NCBI GenBank assembly: GCA_030141605.1
Contig: JAQGDQ010000324.1
Span: forward strand, 1-64,000
Direction of reading: 5' to 3'
From: Tubiluchus corallicola
Lineage: Eukaryota > Animalia > Priapulida
DNA length: 64,000 nucleotides
Shown: piece by piece, positions 1 through 11,300 of the stretch
Layout of the letters: every line of letters starts with the position of its first letter
Position numbering within the stretch: position 1 is the stretch's first letter
Made by a program: the position numbers and the translations under genes
The notes under the pieces: generated by a model
Told to the model about the DNA's origin: nothing
Database searches by the model: none
The model's input: the letters and a program-made list of their open reading frames with translations, nothing else

Positions 1-1330
1 TAGTAGTATGTTTTTAGAACATAGTAATGAAATATATACCGTTTTTAATGTAAAAAGTAGGTAAATGATAGGTAGATGATAAAATAAAAAATGACTTTGA
101 GCAAAGTAAAAAAATCATCGTTAAAGTGAAACGTGCATTGTTAAGTGAGGAAAAGGTGTCAAATGTTCAGCATCATTAAAACGAAAGTCGTTAAGCAAGG
201 ACTTACTGTAACCCTATATAGTATTTTGAATGCAGCACATGCGTTAAAATATTTGACTGTTTTCTTTCAAGCTGAGGTACCGAGGAAATCAAGACCTATA
301 ATGAAACTCTCCCCGTTGCATCATGTTCACTAATCCCCTAACATACCAGCTGTATTTCCTCGACGGTTAATAGAATAATGCTGCAGCTTAGTACTCTCAG
401 ACACAGCCCGGCCATATTGTTTAATGCCAGCTGGTACAGATGTGCATTCTTAAGTGCGTCAGTATGTTTTAGAAATTTGGACACACCTTCCATTGCATTT
501 TTGTCTTTGCATTTAGTTCAACGATATCCATTAAACAATTAAACGCAATTTGAAGTTCAAGAACAAAGCTTTTGCATGACGGGAAAATTCCCTTACATAT
601 AGTAATCAACCGGATTGTGATAGCTACTTATAAATTGTAGGTTTTGTTGGCGTTTATTTTTATTATTAGTATTATATTTATGACAGTTGTCAAACATTAA
701 TTTTTGTGAGCTGACGAAAAAAATTTGATACATATGATTTTTCTCTGAGGAAAAAAATTGATTTGAAATTTGTCATTGAAAATAAAGTCGGTGCTGAATT
801 TTATCTTTATCGTTCTTTTTTTCAAACATGTATTCCTCTTTCTATATGAATGCTGTAGGGTTTTTACGAAGTTTAGTTAACAGCACTGATAATGCATACA
901 TTTATTTCATTTTATTGTAGAAAAGTAAATTCATTTTTTTTACTGTTATTATATTACAGTTGTGAAATATTGTTGTGACAAATTACCGTATGACTATAAA
1001 TTGCTCAGCATCTACTAAAATAACTTTGAATTTTTTAATATTTTATTCTGTTTCTTCATCACCGTTTGACAGCATCAACCCCCTGTATTGTTTTTTGCCA
1101 TTTTATAATCTAAACAATACCAATCATATCTGTTCCTAAGAGTGGTAGTGCATAAATGGGTAGCAGTTGTCATTATCATTTCAGCATCGTGCCATTTCTC
1201 AGGTGACTTTTATCACCTTGTGGGGCTTCTCTTATTTCTTACCTCTACATCGGTAATTAATCATCTGCACAACTCAGACAGAGGAAGCTTGTTTCCTTTA
1301 AGCATTGTGATGTAACTTTGGCTTCAGCTA

Positions 1331-1344
1331 GTTGTTATGGCAAC
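1331..1344. promoter_or_regulatory. RFX X-box-like motif GTTGTTATGGCAAC
   Basis: Matches X-box consensus RYYNYY-AT-RRNRAC; a strong minus-strand donor (GAG|gtaaga) lies ~90 bp away near 1243. Confidence 0.5.
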
Positions 1345-1649
1345 CAGAAGCTGCTACGTGACTAGTCCTTTCCATTTGCAGTGCGATCATTGAGGAAAAG
1401 ACTGAAACTGCAGTGTATAGACTTTGCCATAAACTAGATAAGCCTAAGCTGGTTGCTTATTTAAGCGAGAGTGAACAAGCGTGTAAAAGCGACACAGCAT
1501 GGGTTGGTGAAGAGGCCAGTATTGCACTTTTAACTTTGCTATCATTCCTTTCCACCAGTTTAGTACTGATTCTCCCTCCCAAGAAAAGTACTGTTCTTTA
1601 AGAAAATGCTGTTAGAATTGAAGTAAAATGCATTTAATGCATTTTATAT

Positions 1650-2336
1650 AAAACCTATTAGCCGATGGGTGTAGTATTACTGGTATACAAGTATACAAGT
1701 TTGAAATATTAATTTATATAAGTGAACTAGCTATAAATAAAAAGTATACTTTTCTAAATTACACGTCTGTTTATTTGCAAAAATTACAAAAAATCCTTCA
1801 AAGTGGACTACTTCATTTTTATTGGCTGATTACTGGATGAAGGAATACTGGCTGATTACTGTACCTGCATCTTTGACTATTAACTGATTAAGCTTGAAAG
1901 CCTGATTTGCAACGAGAGCTTCAAAAGGAAACCACTAGACAAGAGATTAAATGTTTAGCTTTCAGAAATTCTTGGGTAACGAGGCTAATTGCAGGTAACA
2001 GATTCAAAGCAAAACTGCTATGCTAGCGTATTAGTGCATGATAAACGTACCTGCTTACAAACAATACGGTACTTAACATGATTGTTTCTAGACATATTAT
2101 AGTGCACAAAAGCAAAGTAAAGGTGACGTAAGAGTAGGAAAAGCTCTTTGGGCACATACAAATGCCTCATTTAAAGGAAAAATACTGAGTCAATTTTAGG
2201 TCTATTGAGAAAAATATTGAGTCAATTACCGACAGTTTTTATATACATTTGAATAGAAACGGCCCATACCAGGCGTTTTTGAGTCAATTAAGGGATTGAG
2301 TCTATTAACCATGAGTCTATTAAGCGGCGCCTACTG
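1650..2336. mobile_element. MITE family A, partial copy in opposite orientation
   Basis: Ends GAGTCTATTAAGCGGCGCCTACTG|TA; interior is the reverse complement of ~36180-36990; left boundary approximate. Confidence 0.7.
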
Positions 2337-2444
2337 TAATTGGTCTATCTCTCTTGGCTCACTCGGTAGATTTCCAATGTTTTTTCCTTATTTTGAATTT
2401 TTAGTAACATTTTACAACTGGCAGTTAAAACAGTGTTAGTTAAA

Positions 2445-2804
2445 GACATTCTCAAAGAGGAAGAAGAAATAATTTTAAAGAATGCACCAAAAAACCTCCT
2501 ATATTATATTATTCGCATTACACTTACCAGTTTGAAATGCTTATGTAACTAGAAAAGAAAATTCTTAGTAAAGTGCACTATGAATTGTTTTGATTATTTC
2601 AAACATTATGCAATGTTATCTAAGCTTGTTCTAAATGACCTACCAATAAAACTGCTGGCCCTAACGGTCATTCCTGGAGATTAAATTTACAAGTTTTGTA
2701 CATCGTTGCCGCTATTACAAACCATGTATGCAAAAAGGTTTTACATGTAAGTGATATAAAATTTGAAGATGAATTTTATTAGCAAAAGGTTGCCTTGTCC
2801 TTTA
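2445..2804. repeat. Interspersed repeat (copies ~55465-55955, partial ~35165-35310)
   Basis: Shared actagaaa.gaaaattcttag.aaagt and ttaaatttacaagtttt blocks; TTAA at the right end. Confidence 0.55.
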
Positions 2805-5800
2805 ATATTCGACAAACTCTGTTCCAGCTTATTTCCACATAAGCAAAACCAAAGCTTGCACAACTACGAGAAACCAACTATTTGTTGTCAATGTGAAACA
2901 TCGTGTTGTCGGTATCACGTGAAGGGTGTGCCATAGCCACTGCTATGCACGGGCATGAAAATAAAGCCAGTCCCTGTCCCCTAGTTACAAATATAGGATG
3001 GTTTTGCCTCATGCAAGAAAAACAGTGAAGATTGTGAAAGCAGTTATGCAGCATGCTGACCAGACAATGTTGCAAATGTCTGCTATACTGACTGACACGT
3101 TGTCGCAGCAGTAAGAAATTGGTTCTGCCGCAAGTCCTTGAGCCTATGCTGGAAGGTGAAATGCTATGCAGCATGCTGACCAGACAATGTTGCAAGTGTC
3201 TGCTAGAAGGTGAAATGGTCGAATTGCTGCTGCCATCAGCGTATTGCTAATAATACAAACTTACCCGCATTTACAGAACGATGTTTTATTTTTTTCATTT
3301 TGTAAACATTTATACAAATAGCTTTAAATTCTTAAACACTCAGAAGTCCTTAAGAAATACGGAACCCCCAGTACACGTGTGCCTACGCGGCGCTACAAAA
3401 TCACAAATCACTCTATTTTTCCTAGCACATGCTAAGGAAAACGTGTCTCTTATTTGCAGTTACTGTGAAATATGATTGAGATAATCAACTTTGCATAAAA
3501 TAACGCAAAACTTTTTGATGCTTAGTGGAAAAATAACATCTATCGTATAGGACGGTTTCTGCTGGATAAGGCAGCATAACAGGCCTAACCATTACAAATA
3601 CAATCATTCAAAAAATTGGATGAAATATGGGTTCTTGTGTTCTATAAAACAACCCACTATATAATAACTTTTTGTTAAACTTTTATTAGACAAATTCAGC
3701 ATTTCTTCTGCACACTAGCAGTTATCATCAAGAAATATAAATACATTCTTTATATATTTGTTGACGGTGACTGATAGTGCGCAGTAGAAACGTTGAATTT
3801 TCCTAATATATAAATATTATAATGTGTGTATCTCATGTATAAATTTTAATAAAAGTTATTATGTAGTGTGTTGTTTATGAAATGGGCGTTGTTCTTGTTG
3901 TAAAGAATTTAAAAACTTTATGAATTCTTGTATGTGTGTACACTAATTAGCAATTCCTAATTAATACTACAATTATTTTTTTCCATGTCTTGATGATACG
4001 TCTTATAGCATCTTAGTGACATACTATGTCCTATACAATTACATTTTGGATCTGCATAATGTGATTGGTACCAGTCTACAAACTAGCTGATTGTTGGAGA
4101 AGAAACACATCAACTAACCTGCACTAATTATTATACGAAATTAGCTCCCGAATTTAATATGGCATGTGTTATAATAAGTAAAACTTATTGACGGCATGCA
4201 TGAAATGCATTGATCAGCTTTCAAAAAATGCATTGATCAGTTATCAGCAAATTCCTGAAAATGACTAATGTAATTTCAGGATATCTAGATTGACAGATAA
4301 TGTTTATTTTGAAAACATTTTTTCCCATTTTCATAACTTGAGTAAATTCGTAAATGGAGTTTGCAGTATGAGGCCAATCCAACGTTCAGGGGTTGGAATC
4401 GTTATCAAGTTCAATGATTTGAACACCATTTATAATTTCATGTTTTAGACTATCCCATTAACTACATGTGGTGGCACAATGAATGTTCTGCTCTTTGTGA
4501 CCTGCTCTGAAATAGCAAGTTTTAACATGTTTGGTATGACCTGACTTTGGAACCAAAAGCTCTTTATAATGCAACCTTTTTGGACAACATTCGGGGACTT
4601 CTACTGAGATGTTGACAATTATTGTTGAAAAATTGCCCATTTCCTGAATATAATTTTCAAATTTTAATTATTTTGAGTGTGTTCTTGTTGGAAAATGGTC
4701 GGCTGCTGAAGAGTGACAAGTAGTATTGTCTGGGCCAAATGAATCTTTCCAAAAATATATTCTTAAAGTGCTTGGATATTATTTGGAACATGTCTACTGC
4801 ACAATTTTCGACCTTAGCCAATTGTTATAACATTGTGATGATCGGTTACACCACCCATCATTGTCGCAACACCTACTTTGATATATCTTTCGTATGACGT
4901 TGTGTGTGCATAATTAATGATCTAATTACCTTATTGATTTATTGCACTGCTTATTTAAACTTATATTACATTGTGTGTTTTTGTAAGATCTTGACACTAG
5001 ATGGCTTTGGCCGCTTATTTCTCTGCTTACCTGTAATTAGGTTACCTGAAAATTCGAATACCAAATGGCTTCAACCTGTTTTGGGATCTTACTACAGAGT
5101 TCGTGTTTTACACTAGATATGTTCTGACTGTCAAAGTTACAGGGTGGTGGAGTTTTGCTGGTTAGTCCACATCCTGTGGTTATTTTATATGACTGAACAC
5201 CAAGTTTGGTGTGAACCTGTCTTTGATGGCACTCGTATGCAGTGAGATGATTTATTACAAAGACAATGGTTTTGTCTGCTTTAGTTTATTCGTTGTTTGC
5301 TGTGATGACACTGTCTTGACATTCCAAGAAGCAAGTGTTTTGTAACCATATTTTTACCTGCAGAATAGGACTCAAATTCTCGCTGAATAGTAGTGGAAAA
5401 CTAGTCGAGGACCAGTTATACCTGGACCCATGGTCTGTCTGTTTGTCTGAGCTGAAGGTTCTGTTTGTCACCCTGCAAAAGGACGATATCTGGGAGTCTG
5501 AGGCAACCAGGCAAGAGTTCAAGCCCGAGGCAACCAGGTACGAGTTCAACCGCTGGATTGCTGGAGCACTTTTAAAGCTTGGTCCATGCAGAGGCTGGAT
5601 TGGTGACCATTGGCAAAGAGTTGCTGGCAAGGACGTGGCTGACTGCTGGAGATGAAAAGCCGATGTGGTAAGGTTGGAGACTCAAGAGCGTGGTTGATAG
5701 ATCCAAAAGCCTGATGAGAGACAAGCGTAGCCGGCCAACGTTACTTTTGGGGGAATTAGGTATTGTTGGAAATTGTTATCAATTTAATTATGCTATCGTC

Positions 5801-6372
5801 GTTTTACTGATTAAATTCGAAATCTAAATATTAGCTTTTAGTTCAGTTTTGGCTCTGATTAAATAGTTTGCACGTGCACACAAGTGTTTTACCTGTGACA
5901 CGGATTCACATAGCCTACACAAATAAATGATTATCCTGTAAAATTGGCATATAAAGGTGACGGAAACGCTCGAGAACTCTGAACACAGTACTCTGAATTC
6001 CTAACGTCCTGACTTAATTATTTCACGGCGTCACAAACATACTATATTCTTTTTAGTCTTATAATATCTACAGTTCTGAAAAGATATTCTTGGCATTTTT
6101 TGGCATTTCACTTGCACAATGGCCTCACAAATGTAACACTTTTAAGCATTAAGAAGTTAAAACTCTAGCCAACTATCTTTGTAGCAACACCAAAACAACA
6201 ACAGCTCTGCTTTGTAAGTCAATTTTAAACTCACTGCTGAATTGTAGATAAAAGACAATTATAAAACAATGAAACAATGGACGGTTGCTTTGGCCAATCG
6301 ATATGTTCCCTTCACCAATGCAATGAAAATGTTCGTGGCACAAGACACAGGCAGCTGTTTCTATGAACAGTC

Positions 6373-6936
6373 TTACTGCCATGCACTTTGACGATTCATT
6401 TCCTCAAATGTCAACGATGGCTTCACTCCCGGCAAAAGCCTCCTTTCCCAGACTTCAAGAGTTCTCTGAAATCTATTGTTCATGTTCATCGTGGGCCACC
6501 GTCTCCGCAGTAGATTGTACGCCCTTTTCAAATTCATGTCATGGTACTTCATCAAGTACTGAATCACAGCACACATGGCACGTGAATTACCATCTAAACT
6601 GTGGATAAGGACGTTCTTATCCTTGCGACGGGCGGCTTCTATGAAAATGGATATGTCTTCAAAGTATGGCATCATGTCCGTGTTTTCACTGTCGTTCACG
6701 CCCAGCCAGAGACGTGCTCTCGGATGCGATGTCTCCAGAGAACACGTGCACGGACAGTCGCTCTTCCGATGTCTTGGAATCTGGTGGGGTTCCAAGTTAG
6801 AAATGTCAACTATGCTTTCAATGCTGAGCTTGCACAGTAAGTGTTCATTGTAGGCTGCTTCAATGTTTCCTACAAAGAGGAAGTCCAGCACTTGGGAGCA
6901 GCACTCATCCCTGTAGAACTTCCTCCTTGCCAGCTC
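6373..6936 (-). CDS. Terminal exon encoding the whole DUSP-like domain
   Basis: ORF 6373-6969; acceptor cttacag|GAG at 6936; 188 codons including stop; DUSP motifs LFVG, acid-loop Asp (VNDS), VLIHxxxGxSR, and a QYLM variant of AYLM. Confidence 0.92.
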   Translation of the reverse strand, partial: ELARRKFYRDECCSQVLDFLFVGNIEAAYNEHLLCKLSIESIVDISNLEPHQIPRHRKSDCPCTCSLETSHPRARLWLGVNDSENTDMMPYFEDISIFIEAARRKDKNVLIHSLDGNSRAMCAVIQYLMKYHDMNLKRAYNLLRRRWPTMNMNNRFQRTLEVWERRLLPGVKPSLTFEEMNRQSAWQ

Positions 6937-8282
6937 CTGTAAGCAAAGAGCTAAGTTACGCAAGCACATTTCTCAAAAACTATTGTGAATAATGATAAAA
7001 TGCTAAACGGCAGCGGTGTACAGGTATATAATGCCTTTCTCAACGCAGTTGTTATTGACAAAACTATCTGTCTATTTTGCTTTCTAGTTTCTGCAAACTT
7101 CTTTCATCATTATTTACAACATCTATATTTGGATCTTGCAACACTTACTACGTTGGGCTTTGTACTTGGAAGCCTTTACAAACATAAAAGACCGTTCATT
7201 CCAGCTACTGCATTAGCTACAGATCCACGTTTTGAAAATGTGGAATATGATTAGTCATTTCTTAAAAATGGACTGTGCCACATATGAAGGAGAGCAACTG
7301 CCCATGGCTACAGGGTATTCCTGCTTATATTGAACTTTTTGCAGATCAAATCTTTTTTCCTCAGGGACCCTTTCGAATAGTGCACTACTCGAAGCAGCAT
7401 AAATACCTGATATTTTCTTTCGGACATATCTTGAAAACTGTTGTGTGACGATCGCTCGGCTAGCCGCTTAACAGCTAGGGGTGGCGAAGTAATTGACACT
7501 CTTCCGCTTGGATGAGAACCTCCTGTAGCTCCTTCGGCAAGGTAATATGATCTGCTCTTTCCACCAACAGGATCTGCATTTGTAATTGGAGTTGTTGAGA
7601 AATATGTTTATAAAAATAAGTATTTTTAGATGAATGGTTAGTCTCTAATAAAAACACATTAGCTTTAGATGATTGTTGAAACTAAGGTAGCTGCTGGTCA
7701 CTGAATTTGCAGCTACTGTGAAGATTTTTTTGTGTCATGGTGACATTAAGGGTCGTAGGTCACTGCTAAGCTGCTTATATGCGACAGTAATACGCAACAA
7801 TGTCGTTAGACGCTCATTACATGTATCAAACCAAACAAAATAATGTAGATACAGAAACCACCGGGTTGCAAATTCTTATTGCCAATAAGAACCTCGTTGG
7901 ATTAGTCACCTCTTCTGAGATGGTATCTTCGATAGGAAGTTTAAATGTCTTATTGCCAAACAAAGGCATTACTTACTGTTATTCATGGTTTTCTGTTTGG
8001 CCGCGGTAGCTTGTCCATGAGCCTGTGTTGGCGTCCGACTTCTGGTTGTGATGAATATGTTAGGTTCTGGCACTTTTACTGGAGAGGTGAGATAATGTCC
8101 CGCTCGGCTGCGCTCCGTCTCTGAGTAACTTCGAGACCAAGCAGACGAGGTTACTGGCTTTGTGGGAATGCTCGAATCCGACTTTCTGCAAGAATGAAAT
8201 GTTCTTGTTCAAAATTATTGAATCCTTTTTTGATAAGAGATCAAGAGAGAGGGGGGAAGAGGGAGGGAGGGAGGGAGGGAGG

Positions 8283-8379
<97 letters not shown>

Positions 8380-11300
8380 GCTGTTTGCTGTTGTCCATGT
8401 TTTTAGGACTGGTCAAGTTTGGGTAGGCTTAAGTAGATTGTAAAAGGACTTATACTACTGCTATAGATGATGATTCTATTATGATAGGAAGCATTCTGAT
8501 TACAATTCTGTTGTCTGTTAAATATCGTACTAACCAAATACATGTCTGTACTTGGCTATTAACACCATCCAGGCTACGTTATAGATTTGAGTCCAGAAGA
8601 ATGGAAGTGAACTGGTTCAGATTTGCCAGTTGAAATTAAATGGTATTGTGTGTCACATTAGAATAGTTACTTTGGGTAAACTAAACTTAGGTCAGGTTAG
8701 GTTAGGTTTAGGTCAAGTTAGATTAAAGTCGAACTTTCGAAGATTTGGTTGCTACAAAGTTAAATAACGTGGATTCAATCTGAATAAATTTGGATAAATT
8801 TGGTTTGGAATAATATGGTCAAGTTATGGAACATGATATTGTTTTGGCATTGTTGTTCTAAAAATGAGATTAAAGTTAGGACTCCATATACGCGTAATGC
8901 GTGATGCGTTACGCTTGACGCGCTATTGACTGTTTCCATGCGTCCGTGAGCGCCTTGCGTATTACTAAAAGCTCACGGTGCACTTTCCGCCATTTTTGCT
9001 TGCTGCCCGTGAAAATTGGAAGCTATGATTTTTCTGGAAGCCCTGCCTCTGTCGTATTGTTGTGTGATGCGTATTTGAACGACAGCCATCACGTTCGTGT
9101 GAATACGCATACCGCATCACGCATTACATACACATGGAAATACTTCCTTGTATTTGAATACAAAATGTTCTATACACATTACAAATTACGCATCATGCAT
9201 TACGCGGAGTCGTACCTGAAGATGTTTTTCAGGTCTATATATAGGCATATATAATCATACACCTAAATCCGAGTGAATCCATTAACATAAAGGCTATGTA
9301 ATTTCCCACACTAACAAATTGAAACATGATCCCAGTGCACGTTCTCAGTTTACCAGCAGGTAAAACGCATTTAGAAGCATGTCGTGATTACTGAAGCTAG
9401 GTGTAATTATTGCAGTCGTCTCTGACGTGTGTCGCATTTAGTAAAATGCAATCAGTTGTCATGTCACTTGGTTCTTGCATTTGCGGGTGTCACCGTATGC
9501 GACTTCACCACCTCTTTATTACCCAGATGAGTATGTAAGATTATCAAACCTTTCAACTTAATTAACCAACGTATTAACCAATAGGCTAACTAGGCTATAG
9601 CCTAGGGCGTCAAAGTTCGAGGGGCGTCATATTTTAGAAAAAATTCTTATTCTCCTCGGAAAATGTGTATACTTTCATATTCGTGTAAAGGGCGCACTTT
9701 ATAACACATCACAGGCAGGTACAGAACTTTTATATTAGTGCTACATAGTAGTACACAACAAACAGTTTCGCAGCCTGCTTGAATATAAGCGCTAGGTAAA
9801 TACATGTAATTAATAATAACCACGTAGAAACTAGGTTAACAGTGTTTCTAATACACCACAAGTAACTGTTTAATATGTTCATTACATGAACAACCATAAA
9901 TTCACAACAGAGATTGTTTGTCTGTTTGTCTGCATTTCTTTACCTATGTTAATAATGTGTGCAAAACTTCGTATTTCTATTTGAGGAACATTTCTAAAAT
10001 TAGACCTTGTTTATCAAAACCAGCCAGTGAAACTCTTATCCACGTGTTTGTCAGTTCTAGATTAGACTATTGTAATAGCATAGATTAGACTACTAATAGA
10101 TTGTAATAGCACACTTTTTGGTATTCCTCAGTATCAGATTGATAAACTGCAACATGTATACAACAAAGCAGCCCTAAGTTTTACAGGCATTCGTAAATAT
10201 GATCACATAACTCCTGTTCTCGTGCAATTACACTGGTTGCCCGTATCTTTCAGAACAAAATACAAAATTCTCTTATTAACATTCAAAGCTCTGAATGATT
10301 TAGCGCTCTCGTATATATCTGACTTATTGAAGCCATACGTGTCAAATCGCAATCTTAGATCAATTAATTCACCGACACTTGTTGTACCGCCTTATAATCT
10401 AATCACATATAGTTCTCATAGTTTTAGCGTAGCTATAGAATGATTTACCAATTCATGCACGTAAAATCAATAATGTTCAAAAGTTCAAATCATTCCTTAA
10501 AACTTATTTTTACAAAGAAGCCTTTTTAATTTATTAAAAATTTAATATGGATTTATGGATTTAATTATGGCTAATTTTATATACGTGTATTACGATTTTA
10601 GTTTTATTCATAACAGCCTATTGTATATGTACTATTTATGTGTTAATATTTTAAGTATGTAAAATGCATCTGTCCATTTTTAAAGTTAATGCATTTTAAA
10701 TATTCAATAAATTATTAATTATTATTATTAATTATTTGTTTTTCCCATACGTCGAGAACGTTGTGAATTTTAATAAGCACCTCTTTAGTCTGTCGTTTGA
10801 TCTGCATTTGGCAACTTTTGTGAAAAATTTGGTTTCAATCTCGGTCATTCACTAGCTAGATATTCACGGACTGTGGAGGACAGGAATAAAATCTGGCATC
10901 AGGTCGAGAACGGGGAATTCATTTTGGTTCCTAGATCTCGCTTATTTCCTGTTTAGCCCAGAAAAGGTGGGAGAGTCAATGTATCAAACTGAATGTTTTA
11001 TCTAAAGTTTGTTCTCAAAAGGTTTATTATTAGTGTTTGATGTCCATTGCCGTGTCACTTGTATTTGTTTGTGAATGAAAGCAATAAACAAATGAGCTAA
11101 AACATCGTGATGTACTTATTTACATTATCACTTCATATATAACGACACAACATAGCAACATAATAACTTCACAACATGACCTGTAAATAAAACAAAATGG
11201 CGTTAGTCAACGTCACGAAATTAACAATTCAATATATCATCATTGGATTCTTTACTCCCGACACACTTAGTTTATTTATTACATGAGGAAAACTGGCTCC

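Noticed and set aside
5286-5655. Overlapping 114-aa and 106-aa ORFs
   Set aside because: No recognisable domain or splice-consistent context; within a probable repeat remnant.
6373-6936. Naming the gene STYX, STYXL1 or a numbered DUSP
   Set aside because: Motif and domain architecture do not match well enough to assign orthology without a phylogeny.
8060-8426. ER/SL-repeat ORFs (also 24758-25069 and 37417-37777)
   Set aside because: Translations of (GA)n/(CT)n microsatellites; the real exon 7977-8185 uses a different frame.
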